This document shows positions 9,607 to 18,885 of a stretch of DNA of 32,000 nt, piece by piece (position 1 is the stretch's first letter; every line of letters starts with the position of its first letter). The stretch spans positions 1,440,001-1,472,000 of the forward strand of contig NZ_AP028907.1 in assembly GCF_036323395.1 (NCBI RefSeq). The letters run 5' to 3'. The notes beneath the pieces are model-generated. The model saw only the letters and a list, made by a program, of their open reading frames with translations. It was not told the origin of the DNA and did no database searches. This DNA comes from Pyrodictium abyssi (GTDB lineage: Archaea; Thermoproteota; Thermoprotei_A; Sulfolobales; Pyrodictiaceae). Made by a program: the position numbers and the translations under genes.

Positions 9607-10143
9607 GTGGCCGTGCTTGAGCGCCTAGAAGAAGTTGCCAGGAGTCTAGAGGCAATTGCTAACCGGATAAGGGAGAGCGTCGGGCCTGCCGAGAGCCTTG
9701 CAGAGAGCCGAGCCAACACCGCTATATACTCCATATCCGAGGCCATAGAGGAGATCTCCATGTCGCTGCGCAGGCTAAAGTGTATAGCTGAGGCCAAGGG
9801 AACCGAGGGCAACGTGCTATCGATATGCACTACATGGCGGGTATTTGAGCAGGATGGCGGCCTAGTAGCTGTTAGGGTGAAGCCTGAGACCGTAATATCG
9901 TTCCGCGAGGGCAAGCTAGTGTTCCACCGCGGAAACGTGCGCATGGAGGTCGAGGGCCGCAGAGTCAAGCTATGCAAGCTACACTACTGCAAGGAGGTAG
10001 ACCCTACAAACCGGAAGCAGGTTATCGAGGAGCTGCCGCAGATATTCTACCTGCTAAGAGGGGTATCAAACAACGTACGCAAGACGCTGGATAGCACCAA
10101 TGTCTGTGCCCGGAGGGAGGCACCAGCCTGCACCAGGATCTAG
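9607..10143 (+). CDS. Hypothetical protein, 178 aa
   Basis: Protein-like ORF with an N-terminal helical region and mixed C-terminal half. Confidence 0.6.
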   Translation: MAVLERLEEVARSLEAIANRIRESVGPAESLAESRANTAIYSISEAIEEISMSLRRLKCIAEAKGTEGNVLSICTTWRVFEQDGGLVAVRVKPETVISFREGKLVFHRGNVRMEVEGRRVKLCKLHYCKEVDPTNRKQVIEELPQIFYLLRGVSNNVRKTLDSTNVCARREAPACTRI

Positions 10144-10370
10144 CCCCGGTAGAGGGCTGGATTGCACGTACAAAGCACGTAATAGGGTTCGTAAAGGGCT
10201 GTTTCCACCCACTCCCCCTACTCTTCTTCACGCCACGCGTTACTCATGGCCAGAAGAGCTGGAGTCCTGGGCTCGCTTCACTGCCACGCGACGACTCTAT
10301 CATTGTACGCAGCGAGTCCTGCCTTGGCGGTAGAGCCGCTGCTCTGCTCATACCTGGTAGAGCCGAGCTC

Positions 10371-11039
10371 GTGTCGCCCCTAGCTATCGTGTCCAGGCTC
10401 CGTGCATGCGATAGAACTCTATGCCGGAAAGCAAGGGATCTCGTAGACGCTATCATGGGGTATACCGACCTTGTTGGTGTAACAGGCGGGCTAGCCTATA
10501 ACCCCTACAAAGCCAGCGACATAGACATAGTTGTTTACGGGTCCCGCGTTGACCGAGTATACCAGCTACTTGTCGAGCTACGTAGAGAAGGCGTTACGGC
10601 TCCCTACCGTGGTGCCGGCCACGGCTGGAGTAGTAGCGACATAGAGCTCAACACAGCTCTCAACAAAGAGCGAGTACTCATAGGATACATTGATGGCTTT
10701 GAGTATAACGTCAAGCTTGTCCCATGCACGAAGCCGGCGCCGTGCATACCCTTTAGGACGGTCAAGGCTGGGGTTAAAGCGAGGGGCGTCGTGAAGCGTG
10801 TTTCGCCGTACACCGTGCCGGCCGTATACAGGCTGGAACTCTACAAGCCACTCACGCTCGGCACGAAGAGTTATACCTGGGTATACCTGTTTAGCTATCG
10901 TCTCCGTTACACTGAGATACCCGAAGGCATGGCAGTGGAGGCTAAAGGTGTACTTGAAGAGTTCGAGGGCCTTGTAAGACTAGTGCCGGATCATTCTGGC
11001 TACGTAAAGCCCTTGTACCGCCCCTCGTCTAGCCAGTAA
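10371..11039 (+). CDS. Minimal nucleotidyltransferase (polymerase-beta-like) domain protein; true N-terminus probably upstream of 10371
   Basis: VTGGLAYNPYKASDIDIVVYG nucleotidyltransferase motif. The same frame is open from about 10095 and reads ARTKHVIGFVKGCFHPLPLLFFTPR upstream. Confidence 0.7.
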   Translation: MSPLAIVSRLRACDRTLCRKARDLVDAIMGYTDLVGVTGGLAYNPYKASDIDIVVYGSRVDRVYQLLVELRREGVTAPYRGAGHGWSSSDIELNTALNKERVLIGYIDGFEYNVKLVPCTKPAPCIPFRTVKAGVKARGVVKRVSPYTVPAVYRLELYKPLTLGTKSYTWVYLFSYRLRYTEIPEGMAVEAKGVLEEFEGLVRLVPDHSGYVKPLYRPSSSQ

Positions 11040-11086
11040 GCCGGCGCGCAGCCGTCATAATACCTGCCGCGACACACTGGTTCTAG

Positions 11087-12118
11087 GTGTCTAGTGCCGT
11101 GAGGCCACGCATATTCGTGACTAGGAGGCTTCCGGGCCCATGCTTTGAGAAGCTACTAGAGGAGTTTGACGCCGAGGTATGGCCAGAGTGGCAACACCCA
11201 CCATACGAGGTCTTGCTCGAAAAGGCTAGAGAAGTAGACGGTATAGTATCCCTGCTAAGCGACAGGATAGACTGCAGACTCCTCACAGAGGGGGCTAAGG
11301 GCAACCTTCGCATAGTCTCGCAGTACGCCGTAGGCTACGACAACATAGACGTGGAGTGCGCCACACGCAACGGCATATACGTCACCAATACGCCAAGCGT
11401 CCTCACAGAGGCTACAGCCGAGCTTACGTGGGCTTTGATACTGGCTACTGCTAGGAGAATAGTCGAGGCCGACGCCTACGTTAGGAGCGGCGAATGGTAC
11501 CGTAGCGGTACTGGCTGGCACCCAGAACTACTCCTCGGCATGGAGCTGGAGGGCAAGGTCCTCGGAATCATAGGGTTTGGCAGGATAGGCCGTGCCGTGG
11601 CACGTATCGGCGCCAAAGGGTTCGGGATGAAGGTGCTCTACTATAGTAGGCGCCGCGCCCCCGAGGAGGTGGAGAAGGAGCTAAACGCTACATACGTCCC
11701 GCTAGACACGCTACTACGCGAGTCAGACATAGTGAGTATACATACACCCCTAACCCCGGAGACTAGGTACATGATAGGCGAGCGAGAACTACGCCTAATG
11801 AAGCCCACCGCCATCCTAGTGAACACTGCGAGAGGCGCCGTAGTAGACACTAACGCGTTGGTGAAAGCGCTAAAGGAGGGATGGATAGCCGGCGCGGGGC
11901 TCGATGTCTTCGAGCAAGAGCCTCTACCGCCAGACCATCCTCTCACCAAGCTGCCTAACGTGGTGCTAGCACCCCACATAGGGAGCGCCACAAAGGAGAC
12001 TAGAGAGAGAATGACATGTGCTGTTCTAGAGAACCTGCTAGCATTCAAGAAGGGAGAAGTACCGCCGAACCTAGTGAACCCCGAGGTCGTGGAAAAACGC
12101 AGGCCCGGTTTCAGCTAG
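11087..12118 (+). CDS. D-2-hydroxyacid dehydrogenase (glyoxylate reductase-like)
   Basis: VLGIIGFGRIGRAVARIGAKGFGMKVLYYSRR Rossmann motif, TPSVLTEATAELTWALILA, NTARGAVVDTNAL, LPNVVLAPHIGSAT. Confidence 0.93.
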   Translation: MSSAVRPRIFVTRRLPGPCFEKLLEEFDAEVWPEWQHPPYEVLLEKAREVDGIVSLLSDRIDCRLLTEGAKGNLRIVSQYAVGYDNIDVECATRNGIYVTNTPSVLTEATAELTWALILATARRIVEADAYVRSGEWYRSGTGWHPELLLGMELEGKVLGIIGFGRIGRAVARIGAKGFGMKVLYYSRRRAPEEVEKELNATYVPLDTLLRESDIVSIHTPLTPETRYMIGERELRLMKPTAILVNTARGAVVDTNALVKALKEGWIAGAGLDVFEQEPLPPDHPLTKLPNVVLAPHIGSATKETRERMTCAVLENLLAFKKGEVPPNLVNPEVVEKRRPGFS

Positions 12119-12195
12119 CCACGGCCCCATGCACCATGGCAGGCACCGGGTAACTGCTAGTACTGGCTACCTTCTTCCCCAGGACCGCTCTAGCG

Positions 12196-13464
12196 TTAGA
12201 GGAGGCCGCGAAGCTGCATAGCCTCGACAACACGCTTGACTGCTAGGGAGTATGCAGCGTCTCTCATACTGTGTTTTCCTGGCTCGAGCTCGCTGTGCCA
12301 GAACTCCCAGACAGCTAGCGTGCTTCTAACCATCTTCTCCTCTAGCCTGCGGCGGGCCTCCTCTTCGCTTATCCACCCGCCGATGCGGTTATCCACCCAC
12401 TCTATATGACTCATTATAACTCCGCCCGCGTTAGCGAGTATATCCGGTACTATCACGACACCTCTCTGTGAGAGATACTCGTCAGCAGCAGCAGTCACTG
12501 GACCGTTCGCACCCTCAACGATGAGCTTCGCCTTTATCCTTGGAGCATTCTCCTCTGTTATTACGTCCTCTATCGCTGCTGGTATTAGTATGTCCACATC
12601 CAGCTCCAGCAGCTCCTCGTTAGTAATCCGCTTCTCTGCCTTCTCGTAGTTTATGACGGACCCAGTCTTGCTCTTTACCTGTTTCACCTCGTCGGGGTTG
12701 AGGCCCTTTGAGCTGTATATGCCTCCGCGGCTGTCGCTGACTGCTACTACCGTAGCGCCCATCTCGTGGAGGAACTTGGCGGCGTAGTAGCCTACGTTTC
12801 CATATCCCTGTATTGCTACCGTTCTCCCCTCTATTCCTCCCCACATTTTCTTCGCAGTTTCTCTTGCTGCTATTGCTACGCCAAAGCCTGTAGCTATTAT
12901 CCTAGTCTCAAAGCCTCCTAGGAGCTTAGGCTTTCCTGTTATAACTCCGAGCTTGTTCTCACCCGTTAGCCTGTAGTACTCGTCCATCATCCATGCCATT
13001 ATCTGCGGGTTTGTGTAGACATCTGGAGCAGGTATATCCGCGTCAGGGCCAATGTACTTGTATATGCCCCGTATGTAGCCGCGGGAGAGTTCCTCTAGCT
13101 CTCTCTTCGAAAGCGCATGCGGATCAACTTTGACGCCGCCCTTGCCTCCGCCGTAAGGTAGTTCCGCTAGAGCGTTCTTCCACGTCATCATCATGCTAAG
13201 GGCTATTACCTCCTCCATGGTCACGGCGGGGTGGAAGCGTATACCACCCTTGTAGGGGCCTAGAGCACTGTTGTGCTGACTCCTCCAGCCAATGAACACT
13301 TTAACGCGGCCATCATCCATACGTACAGGGATCTTAACCTGTATTACGCGCTCCGGGAACCTAAGTGCGTTGTAAACGTCTTCACTGTATCCGAGAAGCT
13401 CTACCGCACGACGGAGAATCTTCTCAGCCTCAACTAGGAGGCGCCGGGAATCGGTAAAGGACAT
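12196..13464 (-). CDS. gdhA: NAD(P)-dependent glutamate dehydrogenase
   Basis: [42 protein letters not shown] and [33 protein letters not shown]. Confidence 0.97.
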   Translation of the reverse strand: MSFTDSRRLLVEAEKILRRAVELLGYSEDVYNALRFPERVIQVKIPVRMDDGRVKVFIGWRSQHNSALGPYKGGIRFHPAVTMEEVIALSMMMTWKNALAELPYGGGKGGVKVDPHALSKRELEELSRGYIRGIYKYIGPDADIPAPDVYTNPQIMAWMMDEYYRLTGENKLGVITGKPKLLGGFETRIIATGFGVAIAARETAKKMWGGIEGRTVAIQGYGNVGYYAAKFLHEMGATVVAVSDSRGGIYSSKGLNPDEVKQVKSKTGSVINYEKAEKRITNEELLELDVDILIPAAIEDVITEENAPRIKAKLIVEGANGPVTAAADEYLSQRGVVIVPDILANAGGVIMSHIEWVDNRIGGWISEEEARRRLEEKMVRSTLAVWEFWHSELEPGKHSMRDAAYSLAVKRVVEAMQLRGLL

Positions 13465-13535
13465 ACCAGACAGACCTCCTCCAATAATGTATAGCTTGAG
13501 GAGCTAGGATTTAACACATCCGTTTAAGTCGACTA

Positions 13536-14033
13536 GTGGTACTGCGGAGGGTCCAATTCAGCAGCATGGTGCGTGCCGCTTTGGAGGAGAGGAAGAGGCA
13601 GAACTACATGACTGAGGGGACAATAGTCATTATAGACCTAGACCGGTTTGGCGAAGTCGTAGAAGAGAGGGGATGGAGCGAGTATAGCCCTAATCCGGCT
13701 ACAGGGTTGCTGACCAGTCTAGTAGAGATGTTTGTTAGAAAGTGGCAAGGCGTTGTCATCTATGGTCTTGACGAGGCCCGCGGGACGGAGGAAGTAGTTA
13801 TAGAGATACCTCTTGTCGAACCCGAGGAGCTGAGACAAGACCTCGAATCCATAAAGCAAGAGCTGAATAGCCTAGGAGTAGGCGTGACCATAGTAGCTGT
13901 TAAGGGCTATGTGCTTGGAAGGCCTGCCAGCGATAGAAGGGAGGCGTATACAGCTACACCATTTAGGCGCTATGCCCTCTCTATACTGAGGAGGACCAAG
14001 CGACGCGGAGGCAACCAAGTAGTAATTGCGTAG
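13536..14033 (+). CDS. Small nucleotide-cyclase/palm-fold-like protein, distantly GTP cyclohydrolase III-like; start may be the ATG at 13608
   Basis: TIVIIDLDRFGEVVEERGWSEYSPNPATGLLTSLVEMFVRKWQGVVIYGLDEARG is reminiscent of the GCH III/GGDEF palm-fold layout. Assignment is by motif shape only. Confidence 0.5.
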   Translation: MVLRRVQFSSMVRAALEERKRQNYMTEGTIVIIDLDRFGEVVEERGWSEYSPNPATGLLTSLVEMFVRKWQGVVIYGLDEARGTEEVVIEIPLVEPEELRQDLESIKQELNSLGVGVTIVAVKGYVLGRPASDRREAYTATPFRRYALSILRRTKRRGGNQVVIA

Positions 14034-14089
14034 GACTACGTGCACAGCCAAAAACGCTTAGGGACACAGAGCTGTTACCAAGGGGCCAT

Positions 14090-15217
14090 CTACACCTCCT
14101 CCATAGTGGTCGTCATACCAGTTACCGAGCTCGGCGTGCGTTCTATAGATCTTATCTCTACTAGCGATTCTCTTGGCTGTACGCTATGCATTGTAGTCTC
14201 TAGCAGCATTGCAAGCTTAGCTTCAAGCTCATCTGGCGGCAGCTTGCTTAACGCCTTGGCGGCCTCGTACAGCTTTGTGAAGGGCCTACTTGTCCCCTTG
14301 TACGTTGCCCCATTACTCGCAACTTCTAGCAGTATCCACGCGTTAAAGAGTGCACGCGCTTCAAAGCTGGAGACTAGACTCTCATGCGTTATGTTAAGAA
14401 GATCTGCAGCTTTGCTTACGAACTTCCGGTAAGTGTCTATCTCGTCTTCACGCAGTGTTGCAGGGCCGAAGCGTACTTTCTGCCCACTTATATGGCGCTC
14501 ACCGAGCCCCGGGACAATTATCTTGCCAAAGGCCGCCTTATGGCGCCACGTCTGTGTATCACCACTATCTACTCCGATTATCCGGAGTAGTGGAATAACG
14601 GCTGCAGAGGCAAGTCCGAGAGCGTGTAGCTTTCCCCGCCATAGCTTCCGCAAGAGTGTGAGGAATATCACTGCCTTGAGCCTTGAACTCTTCCCCGACC
14701 TCTGCATGAAGTGTGGTATAAGGCCTCCCGCTGCAGCTATATAGGTATGTGGCTCATAGCTACGGAGCTGTAGTCTTAGGGACTCTCCTACCGCCATATG
14801 GAATACTGGAATAAGCCTGCCCTCTTCAACCAGGCTTCTTAGCGTATTTTTGAGCGACATAAAGCTTGATATCGTTCTAGCTATCTTCCTCGCACGCGTA
14901 CTACTGTCGTCTAGAGGACCCGGGGGATAGTCTAGGCTTATATAGTAGTCCGCATCCACCTCCTTGTAGACTTTGGCTATTTTATAGGTCCCCGGGTCGA
15001 TGCCGCGCTTAAGAAACTGATAGCCGCCACTGTCTATCCAGAGCTCTATGTCGTCATCTATACCGAGGAGCTTACGTAGGCCTCTCCCGCGTACCCGGCT
15101 AAGCCCTATCCTCAGTATGTCGTATGCGTTCACCATTATTCCGGATACTGGGAGGATGGACCAGGGATGAGGAACCGCGTTTATAGGCGTTCCCAGAATC
15201 AGCTTGAATCCGCCCAT
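14090..15217 (-). CDS. tRNA-guanine transglycosylase (TGT) superfamily paralog, DpdA-like
   Basis: LWIDSGGYQFL, ADYYISLDYPPGP, IPVFHMA, YIAAAGGLIP and GVDSGDTQTWRHKAAFG along a TIM-barrel-like pattern; 375 aa; contains no cysteine. Confidence 0.6.
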   Translation of the reverse strand: MGGFKLILGTPINAVPHPWSILPVSGIMVNAYDILRIGLSRVRGRGLRKLLGIDDDIELWIDSGGYQFLKRGIDPGTYKIAKVYKEVDADYYISLDYPPGPLDDSSTRARKIARTISSFMSLKNTLRSLVEEGRLIPVFHMAVGESLRLQLRSYEPHTYIAAAGGLIPHFMQRSGKSSRLKAVIFLTLLRKLWRGKLHALGLASAAVIPLLRIIGVDSGDTQTWRHKAAFGKIIVPGLGERHISGQKVRFGPATLREDEIDTYRKFVSKAADLLNITHESLVSSFEARALFNAWILLEVASNGATYKGTSRPFTKLYEAAKALSKLPPDELEAKLAMLLETTMHSVQPRESLVEIRSIERTPSSVTGMTTTMEEV

Positions 15218-15350
15218 TGTAACACGCCAAGTATTAGGTATTATCGGTCACAATGATGGACTAAAGGTATTATCCAGAGGAAGGACCATTACTATAATAA
15301 ACCTGGGTTAAAGGGCATAACTATAAGACTCCATTCAGAGCGCTTAAGCT

Positions 15351-15429
15351 AGGGGATGAAGAGGCTCGAAAGGGCAGAGCCCGGCGACACCGCCGGGACA
15401 CGGTGAAGAGCCGCGCAGCACAGACCCCT
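15351..15429. ncRNA. Candidate structured non-coding RNA
   Basis: Nested complementary segments: AGGGG 15351-15355/CCCCT 15425-15429; GGCTC 15363-15367/GAGCC 15408-15412; perfect 7-bp hairpin CCCGGCG-ACAC-CGCCGGG 15380-15397. It lies in a 426-bp ORF-poor spacer. Confidence 0.4.
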
Positions 15430-15643
15430 GCCTACAGAGTCTAGCCTAAGGAACAGACGGTACTAGTGGTAAGCATGCAACCTAGAGAACAGAGATTACA
15501 CACCAAAGTGACTATCTCATATACGAGATATAATACTTCTGTACCACGGCATAACTTGCACAGGGACCGTGGGTGATGATGTTACGCACTCATTGAGCCA
15601 CCCATCCCCGCGTGAGGCTATAGAGGCGATGAAATAGCCCACC

Positions 15644-16039
15644 TCACTGACACTCGATACCACATTCATAGATTGCCTCGCCGCATGATACCTTGATTCT
15701 CATTACGCCCTCGTCGCCATACTCTATGTCTAGCTGCGCAGCTCCACAACCAGGCCTCTTAGCTATCAATATTGTGCCTAGTTCTTTATGCCTCTGCTCC
15801 TCGACTACTATATTGTCGAGCCCAAGCCCGCTATACACAGCATATAAATCCATGGCAATGAGCCGCAACGCGCGTGATAGGCTAGGCACAGCTTTCCTAC
15901 ACAGATTCAGCCCTATGGACTTGCAAGATAGTCTTACGATAGTCTCTACGGGCGAGTCATACGCGTCTATAACGCTTGCATTGCTGGTAGAGGCCGCACA
16001 GAGCTCGTTAGATACCTTTACGCTAGTTACCCGCACCAC
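15644..16039 (-). CDS. Hypothetical protein, 131 aa
   Basis: Protein-like ORF just downstream of, and on the same strand as, the radical SAM gene. Confidence 0.55.
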   Translation of the reverse strand: MVRVTSVKVSNELCAASTSNASVIDAYDSPVETIVRLSCKSIGLNLCRKAVPSLSRALRLIAMDLYAVYSGLGLDNIVVEEQRHKELGTILIAKRPGCGAAQLDIEYGDEGVMRIKVSCGEAIYECGIECQ

Positions 16040-16051
16040 TACACCAACACC

Positions 16052-16906
16052 CTACCTTGGCTCGTAGTAAAATCTGGGCTTTAATCCTAGAAGCCGCAAT
16101 CTACGCTTTGCGGGCGGATAGAGCACTAGAGGCTCTACCTCTATATTCTCCAGTAAATCGGGTCCCGCAGCATCCACAAGTCTTTCAAGCAGCTGTGCCC
16201 AGCATGCCTCGTCTCCAAAGGCAGCAAATATCGCTACATGAAACGATACACCGTAGTCAGCCAGGTGCTTTACGGCACGGATAGGATATTCATAGAAGTC
16301 CGGACTAGCACCGGTCAGTTTTGTGAAGAGTTCGGGGCTACAAGCCTTTATCGATACACGTACATGCAGCCTACGGAACCCTGAAAGCACTCTGACGTAC
16401 TCACGCCTAGCCCCCATGAGTACACCATTAGTTTCAAGGATGAATGTATAGCTGCTATTCTGCTCAAAGAGTTCTATGAGCCTCCCGAGGTGGTTGAATC
16501 CTATCGTGGGCTCTCCTCCAGACAACCTTACGTACTTATAGCCCCTTGTTTTAGCTATACTGTCTAGTCTTCGATACGCCTCTTCTGGCGATACAAGGAA
16601 ACCTAGCCGCACATCGTCTCTAGGCCGCCCCGTCCAGCAGAATGCACAACGAAGATTACAACCTACAACGTCTCCTACCGCGCTTCCGCCGTAAAACCTG
16701 CTCCCCCTAAACCTATAGTATTTACGCCTACTACCAGACACAACCCTTTGCTCTATCATTTCAGCTAGCCTAACCGGGTCAAAACCCCTTATACGTGAGC
16801 CCTCGATCACCAGACCTACCTCCATCGCAGCATCGTATCTAGTAGCCTGCTTTCCCTCCTGTCGGGCACCAGCTACTCCTATATACCAGAGCCCTAGGCT
16901 ATTCAC
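16052..16906 (-). CDS. Radical SAM protein; probable start near 16825 (MEVGLVIEG)
   Basis: GCNLRCAFCW (CxxxCxxC), VRLSGGEPTIG and FILETNGV are core radical SAM motifs. Confidence 0.88.
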   Translation of the reverse strand: MNSLGLWYIGVAGARQEGKQATRYDAAMEVGLVIEGSRIRGFDPVRLAEMIEQRVVSGSRRKYYRFRGSRFYGGSAVGDVVGCNLRCAFCWTGRPRDDVRLGFLVSPEEAYRRLDSIAKTRGYKYVRLSGGEPTIGFNHLGRLIELFEQNSSYTFILETNGVLMGARREYVRVLSGFRRLHVRVSIKACSPELFTKLTGASPDFYEYPIRAVKHLADYGVSFHVAIFAAFGDEACWAQLLERLVDAAGPDLLENIEVEPLVLYPPAKRRLRLLGLKPRFYYEPR

Positions 16907-17029
16907 GCTGTCCGAAATGGATGAGTGAAAGAACCCCGGCTGAGCCTCCTGTAAAACCTATGCTTAGGGGAGGGATGAAGAGGTCCTATCCTTACTGACA
17001 CACAGCCCTCATCCCATAGTAGCAGCATT

Positions 17030-17947
17030 CTACTCCGCTTCGCCACTCTGTTCATAGAGTACTATGTTGAAGCTCTTCTCAGGGACATTAAATAGCTTGG
17101 ATAGCACTGTACAAGGAGCGGCAAAGAGGAACAGCACTGGCGCACGAGGAGGATTATTATGGAAATATAGTGTCTGGGCATCACCTTTTACCACTACCAG
17201 GGAAGCCTCGTTGAGCTGCTCGTATAGATGCTCGTTATCTTCCTTCGTTATTGTCGCGGCGTCGCTTCCTATGTCTATAACTTCTGCTAGTAGGTCAGCT
17301 ACCCCTGTTGCCTCGAGATCGCTAGCAGTTGCATAGTCTTCGTATCTCTCGCTACGAGCTATACCTATTACTCCTAGCCCTAGCTCGTCACGGAGAAGCC
17401 TTATCAATATAGCGTCATAAGGTAGCTCAAATACCGAGCCAAAGGCGTAATATACTATACCACCATCTCTTCGCATGTCATAGAGTCGATCTATGACCCG
17501 CTTAGAGTCGTCACGACCTACTTTCAGCGATGTGCCAAAGGCCGCTAGGTCCACAGCCGACGGGGGCTCAGCGAGAAGCCTGTCTAGCGTATTGAAGGGT
17601 CTATAGCCTGTAGCTAGGCTCGCTGCTCTCAGAGCACCAGCTATCCTTTCGTCCAGCGGCTTTCCGGCCAACGACTCCTCTATACTCTTTGCGCGCGAAA
17701 TAGCCTTGTTGAGGTTACGTCTTATGACTTCCTCGTAGAGGGACTTACGATCTAGTAGGGCCTTAAGTCTTCTAAAAGACACCGTGGCTAGCTCTGCAAC
17801 CTCTATGTCTGGGCCTATGTATAGATTAACAGCCTCAAGCAGTTTCCGGTATATAGCGAGCTTCCTGGTATAGTCTTCTTCATGCATCTCCAGCTCAACT
17901 GCCCTCTTTAGAAGCGCACATGCCACACAGTACGGCGTCACGCGCAA
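17030..17947 (-). CDS. DUF89/ARMT1-like family protein
   Basis: N-terminal MRVTPYCVACALLKR, GSVFELPYDAILIRLL, ASLVVVKGDAQTLYF and LFLFAAPCTVLSKLF match the DUF89 layout. Confidence 0.8.
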   Translation of the reverse strand: MRVTPYCVACALLKRAVELEMHEEDYTRKLAIYRKLLEAVNLYIGPDIEVAELATVSFRRLKALLDRKSLYEEVIRRNLNKAISRAKSIEESLAGKPLDERIAGALRAASLATGYRPFNTLDRLLAEPPSAVDLAAFGTSLKVGRDDSKRVIDRLYDMRRDGGIVYYAFGSVFELPYDAILIRLLRDELGLGVIGIARSERYEDYATASDLEATGVADLLAEVIDIGSDAATITKEDNEHLYEQLNEASLVVVKGDAQTLYFHNNPPRAPVLFLFAAPCTVLSKLFNVPEKSFNIVLYEQSGEAE

Positions 17948-18141
17948 GCATTACACCTGCACTCGGCTCGCTGACTAGCCCGAATGCAGCCCTATACACG
18001 GCAGGCAAGGCGCGTATGGGCACATACTGCCCGGCATCCCGGGTCGATGCATCTGCCAGTTTCTACTACAACTCTTACACTGTCTCCTAAGATTGATTTC
18101 GCTCAAGAAGTCTAGGCGGATTTGTTAAAAAGAGTCTAATG

Positions 18142-18684
18142 TCAGCCCTTTTTAGACTTGTAGCGTTCAATGGCGTCTTTTATCCTGCGCTTGGCCTCTT
18201 CTGGGCCCAGCCACTCGCGCACCTTGACCCACTTGCCTGGCTCAAGCTCCTTGTAGTGCTCGAAGAAGTGTTTGATACGCTCGCGAACGACCTCTGGGAG
18301 GTCATCTATGCTCTTAATATTCTTGAAGCTGGGGTCTAGCTTGTCTTTCGGTACTGCTACAATCTTGCTATCAGGGCCTTCTTCGTCCTCCGTCACCAGC
18401 ACCCCTATTGGCCGCGCCTCAATCACAGTGCCTGGCAGAACAGGCTGCGCCGTTATGACGAGAACATCTACGGGGTCGCCATCCTCCTCTAGTGTCCCCG
18501 GTATGAACCCGTAGTTGAACGGGTAAACCATGGCAGTGTAGAGGAACCTATCAACCTTTATGATGCCGGCCTCAGCGTCGTACTCGTACTTTACATTACT
18601 GCCCATGGGTATCTCTATGAATACGTTGACTACGTCGGGAGCCTTCTCGCCAGGCCCTAGCCTTTCATGTATATTTGCCATCAC
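18142..18684 (-). CDS. ppa: Inorganic pyrophosphatase
   Basis: [56 protein letters not shown]. Confidence 0.97.
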   Translation of the reverse strand: MMANIHERLGPGEKAPDVVNVFIEIPMGSNVKYEYDAEAGIIKVDRFLYTAMVYPFNYGFIPGTLEEDGDPVDVLVITAQPVLPGTVIEARPIGVLVTEDEEGPDSKIVAVPKDKLDPSFKNIKSIDDLPEVVRERIKHFFEHYKELEPGKWVKVREWLGPEEAKRRIKDAIERYKSKKG

Positions 18685-18885
18685 AAGCTCACCATGTTTT
18701 CTAACTTCTGTCAGCTTGTACGGGTATTAAGCTGTTACATAGACTTTCAGGCCTATAGGCTTCATTCATACTTTTAGAGGAAGCCCGAGTAGCCATTGCT
18801 ATTCACGACAGCCGTCTATAATAGTCTGGAGCAGCCTCTTAAGACCGTCTATCCTACGGCCTGGACCCATGGATGGGGATAACAG

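Noticed and set aside
12620-12844. 74-aa minus-strand ORF inside gdhA
   Set aside because: Alternate frame of a well-supported gene.
14040-14744. Plus-strand ORFs opposite the TGT-like gene
   Set aside because: Serine-rich antisense shadows; the opposite strand carries recognisable barrel motifs.
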